The notes under the pieces: generated by a model
The model's database searches: none
Seen by the model: the letters and a program-made list of their open reading frames with translations, nothing else
Told to the model about the DNA's origin: nothing
Position numbers and translations under genes: made by a program
Assembly: GCA_046290225.1 (NCBI GenBank)
Contig: JBKAGE010000036.1
Span: 386,979 to 450,978 of the forward strand
Direction: 5' to 3'
DNA from: Bradymonadia bacterium
GTDB taxonomy: Bacteria > Myxococcota_A > Bradymonadia > UBA7976 > UBA1532
Length of the DNA stretch: 64,000 bases
Shown here: in pieces, positions 42,014 through 52,723 of the stretch
Position numbering within the stretch: position 1 is the first letter of the stretch
How the letters are laid out: the number at the start of each line of letters is the position of its first letter

Positions 42014-45000
42014 TTGAGATCAAGGTCTTCCCAGATTCCGAGCCGACTTCGACTGCTGTGCTGTGTCGGCGCCCTCTCGCTCTTTGGCTGCAGCGCGCTG
42101 CTCGATCCAGGGAACGACGACTCTGAATCCAACGGAGACGCCGGCACTGGCGGCTCCGCTGGCGGCATGGCTGGCGCCGGTGGTGGGGCCGGTGCTGGTG
42201 CACGAGGTGGAAACGGTGGCACCGGTGGTACCGGCCTCACAGGAGGTCAGCGGCCGGAGGCCGGCGAGCTGCGTGTCGTCGTCACCTCTCCTCAGGAAGA
42301 CAGCGCCACCCCAGAAGGTGAGATCACCGTCGAGGGCCGGTGGCGGAGTGAGAACACCCTCGAACGTATCCTCGTGACTGTCGGCGGCGAAGACCTCTCC
42401 ACTGAGGCCACCCTCGACACCGAGAGCGGCACATGGCAGGCCCAGCTCACCTTGCCCGAGCCTGGGACCTATACGATCAACGCCCGAGGTGAAGATGCCT
42501 CTGGTGCCGTGCACACAGATCGCCGCACCGTCACCTGGGACATGAGCCCGCCCACGGTGATCATCGCCCGACCCACGGGCAATGCGTGCTTCGCCGACGC
42601 TGAGGTCGAGGTGTGCGTCAACGCCACGGACGACCATCGAGTGAGCGAGGTGCGCATCGGTGGGCTCTTCGCCGAGCTGACCCTCGGCTCCGAATACTGC
42701 GCCATGGTGCCTGTGGGCCCAGGTGTGCAGCGTATTCCGGTCCGCGTCGCCGATGCCGCGGGCCTCGAAGCCTCGGACGAGGTCCTCTTCACCGTCGATC
42801 GTACGCCCCCTCTGGTGAACTTCTCCACCATCCCTCCAGGCACGGTGATCTCTCAGGCCGGCGATGTCATGGCCCTCGAGGGTGACGTCCGCGACAGCGG
42901 CTGCGGCCTGAGCGGTGGGGTGCTGCTGATCGACAACCTCGAGACCGAATTCAACGCTGAAGGGTTCTTCAGCACCACGGTGGCGCTCACCGAGGGCGCC
43001 CACGCCGTGCCCTGGCGCCTCACCGATGCAGCCGAGAACGTCGCCATGGGCACCTTGGAGTTCACCGTCGACCGTACGGCGCCGGTCCTCGCCCTCGACG
43101 CTGAGCCTCTGCCGCTCACTGCAGAGACGTCGGTACGCCTGACAGGTGCAGTGACCGAGGCAGGCTCTGGTCTGCTTGCCCTTACTCTCAATGGCCTGCC
43201 CCTGCCCCTCGTGGAGGCCTCTCCCGGCCTCTGGACCGTCGATCGAGCGGTGGATCTCGAGCCCGGGCAGAATCATCTTGCCCTGGTGGCCCGCGACGGC
43301 GCCGATCTCGAAGACACGCTCGAGTTCGACGTCGTGTCTGATCCGAACCCGCCCCGACTCACCATCGAAGGTGTGAACATCATCGGCGACGAGGCCCCGC
43401 GCCTCATCGCCTTCGGCACTGTAGATGACGGCGTCGAAGGATCTGGTGTGGCCACAGTGGTGGTGAACGCCGTCGAAGCAGAGCTCGATCTCGAGAACAA
43501 CCGCTGGCGCATCGAGGGTCTCGAGATCCCCATCGGTCCCCTTGAGGTGGAGGTCGTGGCCACTGACGCCCTGGGCAACCAGAGCGCCCCTCAGAGGCTC
43601 GGGCTCACTCAGGACGACTCACCGCCGGTCATCGAGCTCGCAGTGCCCGACACCCTCGTGGAGTGCCTCGCTGGCGAGGCCCGCGAGATTTGCGTGGTGG
43701 TTCGAGATGTCGAATCAGAGCTCGAGTCGGTCACCCTTGAGGGCGAGCCGATGGAAGCTCACGACGGCGATCGCTTCTGCGCCACCGCCACTCTCGAGCC
43801 GGGGCTCAACACCCTCACGGTCCAGGCGACGAACACGCTGGGGCTCGACGACGACATCGTCTTCCAAATCGAGCGCGACGACACCCCACCCGAGGTGATG
43901 TTCGACCGGCTCGACGATCTCTGGCTCGCTGGCGCCAACCCTCAGGGGGCCCTGCTCACCGGTCAGGTCACCGATGTGGGCTGTGGCGTCAGCGCCATCA
44001 CCATCGGCGAGAACGGTGAGAGCTGGCCACTCGACTTCGTGGGGCGCTTCGTTGCACCCGTAAACCTGCCTGAGGGCCCCTCCGAGCTGTTCTGGCGTGC
44101 CGTAGACGATGTGGGCAACCCCGTCGAGGGCAGAGTGGCCCTCCAGGTGGACGATCAGCGCCCTGTTCTGGAGGTGCTCTCTCCCGAGGTGTCCCCCTTC
44201 CTGCTCATCGACACCGTGGAGACTGGTGTTTTGGTACGGGTCTCCGACGTCGGGGTGGGCGTGGACACCCTCGAAGTCAACGGTCAGCCGCTCGCCTTGG
44301 AGCCTGTCCCTGGGGAAGACGGCGTGTTCCTCGCCGACGCCTCTCAGCCGCTGCTCCTCGGCCTCAACACCCTCACCTTCGTCGCCACTGATCGTTTGGG
44401 GCAATCCACAGAGCGGGTCAGCGAGATCTACATGCTCGCCGAGCCCAACCCACCGGCGGTGCTCGTGAACACCCCGGTGAACGGCGCCTGTGTCTCCGAC
44501 GAGCTCATCGAGCTCTGTGGCGACACCCTCGTGACCGCCTTTGACGTGGCCAGTGTCTCCATTGATGGTGATCCGCTGCCGCCAGCCTCGATCAACGCCC
44601 AGGGCGACTTCTGCGCTGATCTCGATCTGCCCGAAGGGCCCGCCACCTTCGACATCGAGGTCACCGACGTCCTCGATCAAAGCGCGAACTTCCCCTTCAC
44701 GCTCATCGTCGATCGAACACCACCGGCCTTCGACGCCGTGTTCCCCCCTGATGGCACTCTGGTGCCCTCTGCCCCCGAGGGGTTCAACCTCACCTTCAAC
44801 CTCGTCGAGGGTGACTGTGACTTGCCGGGCTTGTCTCAGGTGCTGGTGAATGGTGTGCCCATCAACAGCAACTTCGAGCAGCAGTACATCACCTTCATCC
44901 CTGCTGATGCTGAGGGTGAGATCGAGGTGGAGTATCAACTGCAGGATGGCGCTGCCAACACCACCACGGGCACCCTCACCTACACCCTCGATCTCGCACC

Positions 45001-48000
45001 CCCGACGGTGGAGCTTCTGTCACCGGCGCAGCTGCCTCTGAGCACCGAAGAGGGCCAGGTTCAACTCCTCGCCGACATCTCCGACACCCTGTCGCCCATC
45101 ACTGAGATCCGTCTCGACGGTGAGCCGATCCCCTTCCAGCAAGCGGATCCCACCGAGGTGGTGCGCATCGATCGCCTGCTCGACATTCCCCCTGGTGGCG
45201 CCACCTTCACCTTGCTCGTGATCGATGCCTCGGGGCAGACGACACCGACGTCGATTCAAGTCATCCGGCCCAACGACGCCGATGGTGATGGTGCTCTGGA
45301 GACGGTGGACTGTGACGACCAGGATCCCAACATCCGCCCTGGCAACCCGGAGATCCTGCGCAACGGCATCGACGATGACTGTGACGTGCTCACCATCGAC
45401 AACCCCGAGCCCGACATCCTGCTGCACGGTCCGACGCAGGACAACACCTTGAGGGAGCAGAACGAGGGCAACATGGGCCGTCTGCCGGGGCTGTACGCCC
45501 GCTTCGACGCCCCCCAGGCCACCATGCGGCCCATGATGCAGTTCGATCCGGTCACCTTCACCCCGGGGCTCATCGTAGAAGAGGCGATCCTCGAAATGAC
45601 CGTGGTGAGTGCCTCGGCAGAGTCAGATCGCACGATGTGTGTTCACCGCCTCCTTGCGCCGTGGCTCGAAGGTGAAGCGGAGGCCCTCGATGATGCCGAG
45701 CGCGCCTTCAGCGGCGCCACGTGGGGTCTGCGTGGCCCCGGTGAGCCCTGGGGCCAGCCTGGCGGCGACTTCGATCCTACGGCGCTCGACTGTCAGAGCG
45801 TAGATCGTGCTGCGGGCACCCGCGTACGCTTCGACGTCACCGAAGGGCTCTTCGGTGATGGCCCCGAGGTGCTCCATGGTTTGATCTTCATCGCCCAGGA
45901 TGGTGAGGGCCGCGAGGACATCTTCCACTCGAGAGAGTCGCCCGATGAAGGGGCACGGCCGCAGCTGCAGGTTCGAGTGGGCCTCGACCCCGACTATCCG
46001 TACAAAGACTCTGATCGCGACGGCTTCCTGCTCATCGACGACTGCAATGACAACAACCCCACCATCAACCCTGGGGTGGAAGAGATCATCAATGATGGTC
46101 GCGACAACGATTGTGATCCGACGACGCCCGATCTCGTCGATCGCGACGATGACGGCTTCACGATCGATGTGGACTGCAACGATGATGACCCCAACATCAA
46201 CCCCGACGCCGTGGAGATCCGCTTCGACCGGATAGACAACGACTGCAACCCGCTGACGGCAGATGACCCCAACGCCGACGAAGACGGCGACGGCTTTGCA
46301 GCCTTCCGCGACTGCAATGACACGGATCCCCTGGTCAACCCGGACGCCCAAGAAGTCCCTGGCGATGGCATCGACAACGACTGCAACGCCGCGACGCCCG
46401 ATCTCGTCGATGAAGACAACGACGGGTTCTTCCTGCCTGAAGACTGCGACGACACGCGCTTCTCGGTGAACCCCGACGCGGTGGAGGTGGTGTGCAACGG
46501 CCTCGATGACGACTGCAACACGCAGACCTCCGACTTCCTGCTCGACGATCCGGCCATCGGCGCGGGTGATGGTGTCGCGGCCCAGTTCGAACTGCCCGCC
46601 ACCTTCGATCTCAGCGAGGAGCAGCTGTTCTCTCTCGCAATGCCGGAGTTCCTCGTCACCACCTCCCCACAGCCGCCCCCTCTCTATGCTCAGGATCTCC
46701 CCCCTGGAGCCCAGTGGGATCCACAGCTGGACACGCTCACCTGGACCCCCGACTTCACCCAGGGGGGCGCAGATCACTCGGCGCGCTTCGTGATTCTGGA
46801 AGGCGGCTGTGAGACTGAAGCCACTGTGGTGTTCCGCGTGGCTGATGATGTGTCTCCACCTGAGCCGGAGATTGTGGAGACCCTTCGAGGGGTGGGCTAC
46901 ACCTTGCTGAGGGTGCGCCAGACCACGGACAACTGGCTGGACAGCCCGATCTTCGCCGGCCGGGGCATCGACAGCATCGTGGTGATCCCCACCTTGGGTG
47001 AAGATGATGATCCGCTGCCGGTGAACGTCCAGCTTCACGATGTGGGGGCAGATCCTGACGAGAACTTCGACGCGAATACCGACGCGGCCTTTGTGCGCAT
47101 CTCGCCGGCGGATCCCGATGACACGATGTGGTGGGGCTACAGCAGCGAGCAGACCGATCTCGGCGGCAATCCCCTCGACGCGGGTGATGCGGTGGCGCCC
47201 TATACGGCCCGTCGGGTGATTCATCTGCTGGACTGGGTGCTCGCTCAACAGCCTGAAGCCGACGCGGATCGCGTCTATCTCTCCGGCGTGGGTGCCGGTG
47301 CCACCGGCGCTGGGCTCATCGCCTCTGCCTTCGGCCGTCACTTCGCCGCCGTCGATGCCGAGAAGCCTTATCTGATCCCCACGCAATACAGCGTGGAGCG
47401 ACAAAACGCCCTGTTGTCGAAGTGGGGCACCCTCGACCAGTCTTCGATCTGGGACGCTCTCGATCTCACGGTGAGCCTGGCCAACAACGCCGAGGCCCGC
47501 GATCTCTTCTGGTTCAGCCGACACGGGAAGGACGACGCTGCGGCGCGCTTTGGGGGCGTGCCCCCGCTCATCGAAGCCCTCCAGCTCAACTTCATGGGCC
47601 ACTTCGTCGTCTGGGACGAAGGCGGCGGCCCTGGTGTGGCTGATCCGGTACTGGGCGAGGGCTGGTGGAGCAATGACTGGCACCCCATCTTCGACAGTGA
47701 GGCCTTCGTGGCCCGCGCTCACCCCTGGGCGTCTTTTGCCGACGGCTCTGCCAACGAGAACCCCGGAAACGGCGGGGGCGCGCCGGGTGATCCCGCCATC
47801 GCTGGAGACACCGGGCTCAATGGCGACATCGCCGGCGCATTCAACCGTGCCCTCCGATGGAGAGCAGACACTGTGGTCGACACCCCTGAGCGCTTCGAGA
47901 TCGCCCTCTACGTGGCCCAGGATGGCGCGGACGCCCCGGCAGAGGGCTACCCGCCCGTAGGTGATCGTGTGACCGGCGGCCCCCCTGTGACGGCGTCGGT

Positions 48001-48169
48001 GACGCTCCATCAAATTCAGCGCTTCTATGCCACCACGGATGACAGTATCGCGTGGACCTTCGGCGACCAGTCCGGTGTACTGAACGTCTCGGAACGCATC
48101 ACCATCCCTGATCTGAACCTGACCGCAGAAGAGCAAGTCTTGATCCTCGAGCGTGGACAACAACCGTGA
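42014..48169 (+). CDS. 2051-aa surface lipoprotein: Gly linker, about 11 Ig-like repeats, DNRLRE-like domain, five MopE-like Asp/Cys repeats, Ig, degenerate alpha/beta-hydrolase-like domain
   Basis: LSLFGC lipobox; D.(T/S)PP, G.N, D..GN Ig motifs; DNTL...ENMG-type domain; DxDGDG...DCND...NP...E...DNDC. Confidence 0.85.
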   Translation: MRSRSSQIPSRLRLLCCVGALSLFGCSALLDPGNDDSESNGDAGTGGSAGGMAGAGGGAGAGARGGNGGTGGTGLTGGQRPEAGELRVVVTSPQEDSATPEGEITVEGRWRSENTLERILVTVGGEDLSTEATLDTESGTWQAQLTLPEPGTYTINARGEDASGAVHTDRRTVTWDMSPPTVIIARPTGNACFADAEVEVCVNATDDHRVSEVRIGGLFAELTLGSEYCAMVPVGPGVQRIPVRVADAAGLEASDEVLFTVDRTPPLVNFSTIPPGTVISQAGDVMALEGDVRDSGCGLSGGVLLIDNLETEFNAEGFFSTTVALTEGAHAVPWRLTDAAENVAMGTLEFTVDRTAPVLALDAEPLPLTAETSVRLTGAVTEAGSGLLALTLNGLPLPLVEASPGLWTVDRAVDLEPGQNHLALVARDGADLEDTLEFDVVSDPNPPRLTIEGVNIIGDEAPRLIAFGTVDDGVEGSGVATVVVNAVEAELDLENNRWRIEGLEIPIGPLEVEVVATDALGNQSAPQRLGLTQDDSPPVIELAVPDTLVECLAGEAREICVVVRDVESELESVTLEGEPMEAHDGDRFCATATLEPGLNTLTVQATNTLGLDDDIVFQIERDDTPPEVMFDRLDDLWLAGANPQGALLTGQVTDVGCGVSAITIGENGESWPLDFVGRFVAPVNLPEGPSELFWRAVDDVGNPVEGRVALQVDDQRPVLEVLSPEVSPFLLIDTVETGVLVRVSDVGVGVDTLEVNGQPLALEPVPGEDGVFLADASQPLLLGLNTLTFVATDRLGQSTERVSEIYMLAEPNPPAVLVNTPVNGACVSDELIELCGDTLVTAFDVASVSIDGDPLPPASINAQGDFCADLDLPEGPATFDIEVTDVLDQSANFPFTLIVDRTPPAFDAVFPPDGTLVPSAPEGFNLTFNLVEGDCDLPGLSQVLVNGVPINSNFEQQYITFIPADAEGEIEVEYQLQDGAANTTTGTLTYTLDLAPPTVELLSPAQLPLSTEEGQVQLLADISDTLSPITEIRLDGEPIPFQQADPTEVVRIDRLLDIPPGGATFTLLVIDASGQTTPTSIQVIRPNDADGDGALETVDCDDQDPNIRPGNPEILRNGIDDDCDVLTIDNPEPDILLHGPTQDNTLREQNEGNMGRLPGLYARFDAPQATMRPMMQFDPVTFTPGLIVEEAILEMTVVSASAESDRTMCVHRLLAPWLEGEAEALDDAERAFSGATWGLRGPGEPWGQPGGDFDPTALDCQSVDRAAGTRVRFDVTEGLFGDGPEVLHGLIFIAQDGEGREDIFHSRESPDEGARPQLQVRVGLDPDYPYKDSDRDGFLLIDDCNDNNPTINPGVEEIINDGRDNDCDPTTPDLVDRDDDGFTIDVDCNDDDPNINPDAVEIRFDRIDNDCNPLTADDPNADEDGDGFAAFRDCNDTDPLVNPDAQEVPGDGIDNDCNAATPDLVDEDNDGFFLPEDCDDTRFSVNPDAVEVVCNGLDDDCNTQTSDFLLDDPAIGAGDGVAAQFELPATFDLSEEQLFSLAMPEFLVTTSPQPPPLYAQDLPPGAQWDPQLDTLTWTPDFTQGGADHSARFVILEGGCETEATVVFRVADDVSPPEPEIVETLRGVGYTLLRVRQTTDNWLDSPIFAGRGIDSIVVIPTLGEDDDPLPVNVQLHDVGADPDENFDANTDAAFVRISPADPDDTMWWGYSSEQTDLGGNPLDAGDAVAPYTARRVIHLLDWVLAQQPEADADRVYLSGVGAGATGAGLIASAFGRHFAAVDAEKPYLIPTQYSVERQNALLSKWGTLDQSSIWDALDLTVSLANNAEARDLFWFSRHGKDDAAARFGGVPPLIEALQLNFMGHFVVWDEGGGPGVADPVLGEGWWSNDWHPIFDSEAFVARAHPWASFADGSANENPGNGGGAPGDPAIAGDTGLNGDIAGAFNRALRWRADTVVDTPERFEIALYVAQDGADAPAEGYPPVGDRVTGGPPVTASVTLHQIQRFYATTDDSIAWTFGDQSGVLNVSERITIPDLNLTAEEQVLILERGQQP

Positions 48170-51100
48170 GCACACAGACCTTCACCTCGATCGCCAGCTT
48201 CACGCGGCGGGCTGTATGGCTGCTCGCGCTCGTCTCGCTGTCGGGCTGCAGCTTTGCTCTGGATCCGTCGAACTGTGACACCTCTGGTGACTGTGATCAG
48301 GCAGGGGCGGTGTGCCTGGACGGCATCTGTGTGGTGCTCGACCCGCCCGACGCAGATCTGAGCGATGCAGGGGCAGATCCCGCTGACGCCTCGGATGCTG
48401 ATCCAGATGCCCCCGATGCAGGTGCTGAGGACGCCCGGGTGCCCACCGATGCCCGGCCAGTCGTCAACGGTGACGGCCCCGAGCTCGCCATCCTCGTGCC
48501 CCTCGAGGGCGCCGAGGTGCCGCAAGCATCAGTGGAATTCATCGGCACCTACGAGAGCGAGGTGCCCCTGACCTCGGTGACCCTCACCCTCGTAGGCGGA
48601 GACACACCGCCGGTCGAGGCCCTGGTGAACGACATCCAGTCGCGATGGTCGGGCTCCATCGACCTCCCTGCACCGGGCACCTACGACATCGACATCGTCG
48701 CCACGGACGAAGCAGGCGGCAAAGCGCTGCTGTGGCGTCGAATCACCTGGGACGACACCCGCCCCACTGTGGCCTTCAGCACCCCCACTGCCGATGCGTG
48801 TGTGCAGGGCCTGCCGGCGCGTATCTGCGTCGACGCGTCGGATCCGGGCGGTCTGGCACCGAACGGGGTCACCATCAACGGCATGATCGCCGATGCTGAA
48901 GGGAACCTTTTCTGCGCCTCGGTCCCCCTCGGCGAGGGCATGCAGACGATCACCACCGAGGCCCGAGATCCCTCGGGGCACGTCGCCTCCGACACCCTGA
49001 CGGTTCAAGTAGATCAGCGCCCGCCAGTGCTCACGCTCCTGACCCCCACGGCGGAAGGCCCCGTGCCGGCCATCGATGGCCGGGTCGAGGTGGAAGGACT
49101 GCTGACCGACGAAGGCTGTGGCATCAGCGAGCTGCGCGTGAACGGCACCACGGTCAACCTGGACGAGACGGGCGGCTTCAGCGTCGACCTGCCCCTCGAC
49201 GCCGGGCCCCAGACGCTGTCCCTCCGAGCGGAAGATCTCGTGGGCAACCCTGTGGCCTTCGATCTACCCGTCATCGTCGACGGGGTGCCTCCGGTGGTTG
49301 AGATCACGGCCCCTGAGGCCGACATGAACCTCACCGCAGAGCCATCGATCATGTTGAGCGCCCGCGTCACAGATGGTGGCTCTGGCATCGATCGCGTCAC
49401 CCTGAACGGTATGCCCATCGAGGGTGAGCCTCTGCCCGAGGGCGGGGTGCAGATCGAGACCGAATACCCTCTGGGTCAGGGCCGCAACGTCATCCAGCTT
49501 CAGGCCATCGACCGCGCTGGTCTGCGGTCCACGGCCAACCTGGAGATCAACGCCGACAGCGTGCCGCCGAACGTCTTCATCGACGATGTCGTCGTGGTCC
49601 GCGGTCCATTGCTCACCTTGACCGTGACAGGCCGCGCCGATGACGGCCCTGAGGGGAACGAGATCACCGAAGTCACCCTCAACGGCCTGCCCGTCGACTT
49701 CGACGCCGAGACGGGTCGCTGGCGCATCGAGGGCTTCGAGGCCTTTGAGGATCCCATCACCCTCACCGCCCGCGCCACCGATGCCCTGGGCAATGTGAGC
49801 CCTCCACAGGTGCTGGTGCTCGATCGCGATCTCACCCCACCAGAGATCAGGCTCACCGACAACGCGCTGCAGCTCGAGTCGTGCACCCGTGACGCCTCGT
49901 TGGACATCTGCGCTCAGGTCACCGACAACGAGAACGATGTGGTGGAGGTGCTGGTGAACGGGGTGCCCAAGAACCTGAGCCCCCAAGGCACGTTCTGCAC
50001 CGACTTCGCCCTCGACCCCGGTGAGAACATCATCGCAATTCAGGCGAGAAACGATGTCGACCTCGAGGGCACCCTGACCCTCAGAGTGATCCGCGATCAG
50101 GTGGCCCCCGAGGTCATCTTCGACTTGCCCGAAGGCGGCTTCATCGACGGCACTTCGGGCGAGGTGACGATTTCCGGCCGGGTAGAAGACGTGGGCTGTG
50201 GCATCACCAACAGGCAAATCGTCTTCGATGGTGAGACGCTGTCCCTCGACGAGCAGAACCGCTTCAGCACCACCCTGCCGGTGGCCATTCAGGGCGTCGG
50301 TGAGGGCCCCAACCGCCTCGACTGGCGCGTGGTGGACGGCGCGGGCAACCCCGCCGCTGACCGGCTACGCCTCGTGGTCGATCTCGACCCCCCCAACCTG
50401 GAGCTGACCACGCCCGTGGCCGACGACACGGTGGCGCTCAACGTCAACCGCCTCGACCTGCTGGCCACTGTCACCGACACCTGGTCCGGCGTCGGCCAGA
50501 TCACCCTCGACGGGGTGCCTGTGGAGCTGGAGGTCCCTCCGGGGAACCAGGGCGTGGTGAACGAGGCGACGATCCGTCAGAGCCTGACGCTGTTCCCGGG
50601 CCTCAACGTCTTCACGTTGAGGCTCATCGACAGCCTGGGCATCTCCACCGAGCAGCAAATCTCGGTTCAGGTGTATCTCGACGACACCCCACCGAGCATC
50701 ACCATCGAGTCGCCGACGCCGAACACCTGCATCAGCGAAGATGCGCCCCAACTGTGCGCTCAAGTGTTGGAGGACAACGCCCCTCTGGGCACAGTCATCG
50801 CCGCCGGACAGGCCCTGGATCCGGCCATGTTCGATGGCAACGGCCGATTCTGTGTGCCCCTGCAGCCCGTCGAAGGCAACCAGACGTTCACCGTGGAGGC
50901 GGAGAACGTCGGGGGCCTCAACGCTCGGGCATCGGTGAGCTTCGAAGTAGACTTCAGCACCCCTCAAGTACAGATCGACGAGCCCGACGTGGAGAACCTC
51001 ACCCCCACTGATGCCCGAGAGGGGCTCGTGGTGAGTGGGGTGGTCACGGACCAGGGCTGTGGTCTGCCCGAAGGCGCCGTCCTCTTCCTCGGGCACCCGG

Positions 51101-52584
51101 AGCGGCTCGAGCCCATCGAGGTGCCCCTCAACCCCGGCGGTGACTTCGAGATCACGCTCGATTTCCAACGGGAAGGCCCGGTGCTGATGCCCTATGAGAT
51201 CTCCGACAACGCCGGAAACGTCTCTCTGGGGCAGCTCTCGGTGTGGCCTGACGAGTCACCACCTGACCTCAATCTGATCATCCCCGAAGCGAATGGCGCC
51301 TCGGTGGGCGCTGGCGAGGTCTCGCTGACCTTCGAGATCATCGATCTCGCTGCGTCGCCCATCACCGAAATCACCATCAACGGTGAGGGGGTGGATCTGG
51401 GCCCTGACGCCGCCACAGGTCGAGTCCTCGTCGAATCCATCCAACCCCTCTCCGTGGGTGAGAACCGGTTCACGATCACCGCGACGGATCAGCTGAACTT
51501 CACCAGCGCCAACGAGATCACCGTGCACTACGATCCGAGTCCTGGTGAGCTCGAGCCCCGGCCCAACCTGCTCAACCCCATCCTCCTTCAGGAAGTAGAG
51601 CGACCCGACTTCTCCCTCTTCGACGCTGTGGCCGTAAGCCCCAACCGGTTGCACGTCGCCGCTGCGTACAAATTCGTAGAAGACGCCGAATATGGCCGCA
51701 GCCGACTGGGCCTCTGGCGACGGGACACCGGCGCCGAGGTCTGGCGCTCTGCAGCCATGGTCTGGAGCGAGGGCTGCGATTTCGTCCCCAACCGGGACGT
51801 CATCATCTGCGCCCATGTGGACTACCCGGACTTGCAAGCCTTCAGCATGTTGGCCTTTGAGACTGAAAACGGCACCGTGATCCACGATGAGCCGGTGCGC
51901 ATCAACCTCGGCGCCACTGAGACACCGCAAATCTTCGACGGCTTCTCGGCACGGGTCTCTCCCGACGGCCAGTGGGCTGCTGCCGCAGCCAGTGGCCCCG
52001 ACGGCTCTCAAGTGATGCTCTTCGCCATCGACTTCCTCGGACGGCCGCGATTCGACGAGTCGCTGCGCTTCGAATTCCTAGGCAACCGCGCCATCGACGA
52101 GGTGGCCTTCGACGCCACCAGCGAGGTGCTCTACGCTACGGACTTCACCGGCCTGGCGATCCACCGCTTCGCCATCGAAGACGGCGTCTGGACCCGGTCG
52201 AACTCCCTGCCTACGGGGGGTCAGGCAGTGGCGGGGCTGGACGTAGATGGCGAAGGCCGCGTCATCGCCAGTGGCTACTTCGCCCAGGCGGTGTACGTCG
52301 TGACCCCTGATCCGGAAGACTTCTCGCAGAGCGCGATCACCACCATCAACGTCACGGGCAAGGGCTACGATCTCTGCGCCGATCGACGCCCAGGGGCTCA
52401 CTGGGCGTGGGCGGTGAGCCAGGATGCCGGAGAAACGCAGGCCATCGACACGGCCACCGGTGAGGTCCTCGCCACCGGTCAGATCACCCCCCACCACACC
52501 GACGGCCTCAGCTACGCCTGTGATCCCATCACCGGCCAGCCCTTCGCCGTCAGCCGCGGCAGCCTCTGGACCTGGGCGCCCTGA
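48166..52584 (+). CDS. 1472-aa surface lipoprotein: Cys-rich N-terminus, Ig-like repeats collinear with the upstream paralog, C-terminal beta-propeller
   Basis: LSGC lipobox; GTGA overlap with upstream stop; AVSPN/SPDG propeller blades. Confidence 0.85.
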   Translation: MSTQTFTSIASFTRRAVWLLALVSLSGCSFALDPSNCDTSGDCDQAGAVCLDGICVVLDPPDADLSDAGADPADASDADPDAPDAGAEDARVPTDARPVVNGDGPELAILVPLEGAEVPQASVEFIGTYESEVPLTSVTLTLVGGDTPPVEALVNDIQSRWSGSIDLPAPGTYDIDIVATDEAGGKALLWRRITWDDTRPTVAFSTPTADACVQGLPARICVDASDPGGLAPNGVTINGMIADAEGNLFCASVPLGEGMQTITTEARDPSGHVASDTLTVQVDQRPPVLTLLTPTAEGPVPAIDGRVEVEGLLTDEGCGISELRVNGTTVNLDETGGFSVDLPLDAGPQTLSLRAEDLVGNPVAFDLPVIVDGVPPVVEITAPEADMNLTAEPSIMLSARVTDGGSGIDRVTLNGMPIEGEPLPEGGVQIETEYPLGQGRNVIQLQAIDRAGLRSTANLEINADSVPPNVFIDDVVVVRGPLLTLTVTGRADDGPEGNEITEVTLNGLPVDFDAETGRWRIEGFEAFEDPITLTARATDALGNVSPPQVLVLDRDLTPPEIRLTDNALQLESCTRDASLDICAQVTDNENDVVEVLVNGVPKNLSPQGTFCTDFALDPGENIIAIQARNDVDLEGTLTLRVIRDQVAPEVIFDLPEGGFIDGTSGEVTISGRVEDVGCGITNRQIVFDGETLSLDEQNRFSTTLPVAIQGVGEGPNRLDWRVVDGAGNPAADRLRLVVDLDPPNLELTTPVADDTVALNVNRLDLLATVTDTWSGVGQITLDGVPVELEVPPGNQGVVNEATIRQSLTLFPGLNVFTLRLIDSLGISTEQQISVQVYLDDTPPSITIESPTPNTCISEDAPQLCAQVLEDNAPLGTVIAAGQALDPAMFDGNGRFCVPLQPVEGNQTFTVEAENVGGLNARASVSFEVDFSTPQVQIDEPDVENLTPTDAREGLVVSGVVTDQGCGLPEGAVLFLGHPERLEPIEVPLNPGGDFEITLDFQREGPVLMPYEISDNAGNVSLGQLSVWPDESPPDLNLIIPEANGASVGAGEVSLTFEIIDLAASPITEITINGEGVDLGPDAATGRVLVESIQPLSVGENRFTITATDQLNFTSANEITVHYDPSPGELEPRPNLLNPILLQEVERPDFSLFDAVAVSPNRLHVAAAYKFVEDAEYGRSRLGLWRRDTGAEVWRSAAMVWSEGCDFVPNRDVIICAHVDYPDLQAFSMLAFETENGTVIHDEPVRINLGATETPQIFDGFSARVSPDGQWAAAAASGPDGSQVMLFAIDFLGRPRFDESLRFEFLGNRAIDEVAFDATSEVLYATDFTGLAIHRFAIEDGVWTRSNSLPTGGQAVAGLDVDGEGRVIASGYFAQAVYVVTPDPEDFSQSAITTINVTGKGYDLCADRRPGAHWAWAVSQDAGETQAIDTATGEVLATGQITPHHTDGLSYACDPITGQPFAVSRGSLWTWAP
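52399..52584 (+). repeat. 186-bp direct repeat copy 1 (3' end of propeller gene)
   Basis: Matches 62696-62881 with 9 mismatches by manual alignment. Confidence 0.9.
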
Positions 52585-52664
52585 AGTCCTCGCAGATGCA
52601 CATCCTGCAGATCTCGCAGGCCCCCTCTGCGGAATCCGCAGAGACTTCTCTGCAATCTTCGCAG
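52581..52664. promoter_or_regulatory. Four phased palindromes CTGC-N7-GCAG, putative upstream activator sites
   Basis: 52581 CTGAagtcctcGCAG, 52605 CTGCagatctcGCAG, 52627 CTGCggaatccGCAG, 52650 CTGCaatcttcGCAG; spacing 24/22/23. Confidence 0.7.
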
Positions 52665-52723
52665 GCATGTTTCGAGAACACGGAGTTGTGGTCGTTTCCC
52701 GTTCTTCGCCTGAGCGACAGAAG

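Noticed and set aside
52581..52664. Repeat cluster as mini-CRISPR or terminator
   Set aside because: Units are 15 bp with 7-9-bp gaps, no cas genes, no U-tract; position fits activator sites better
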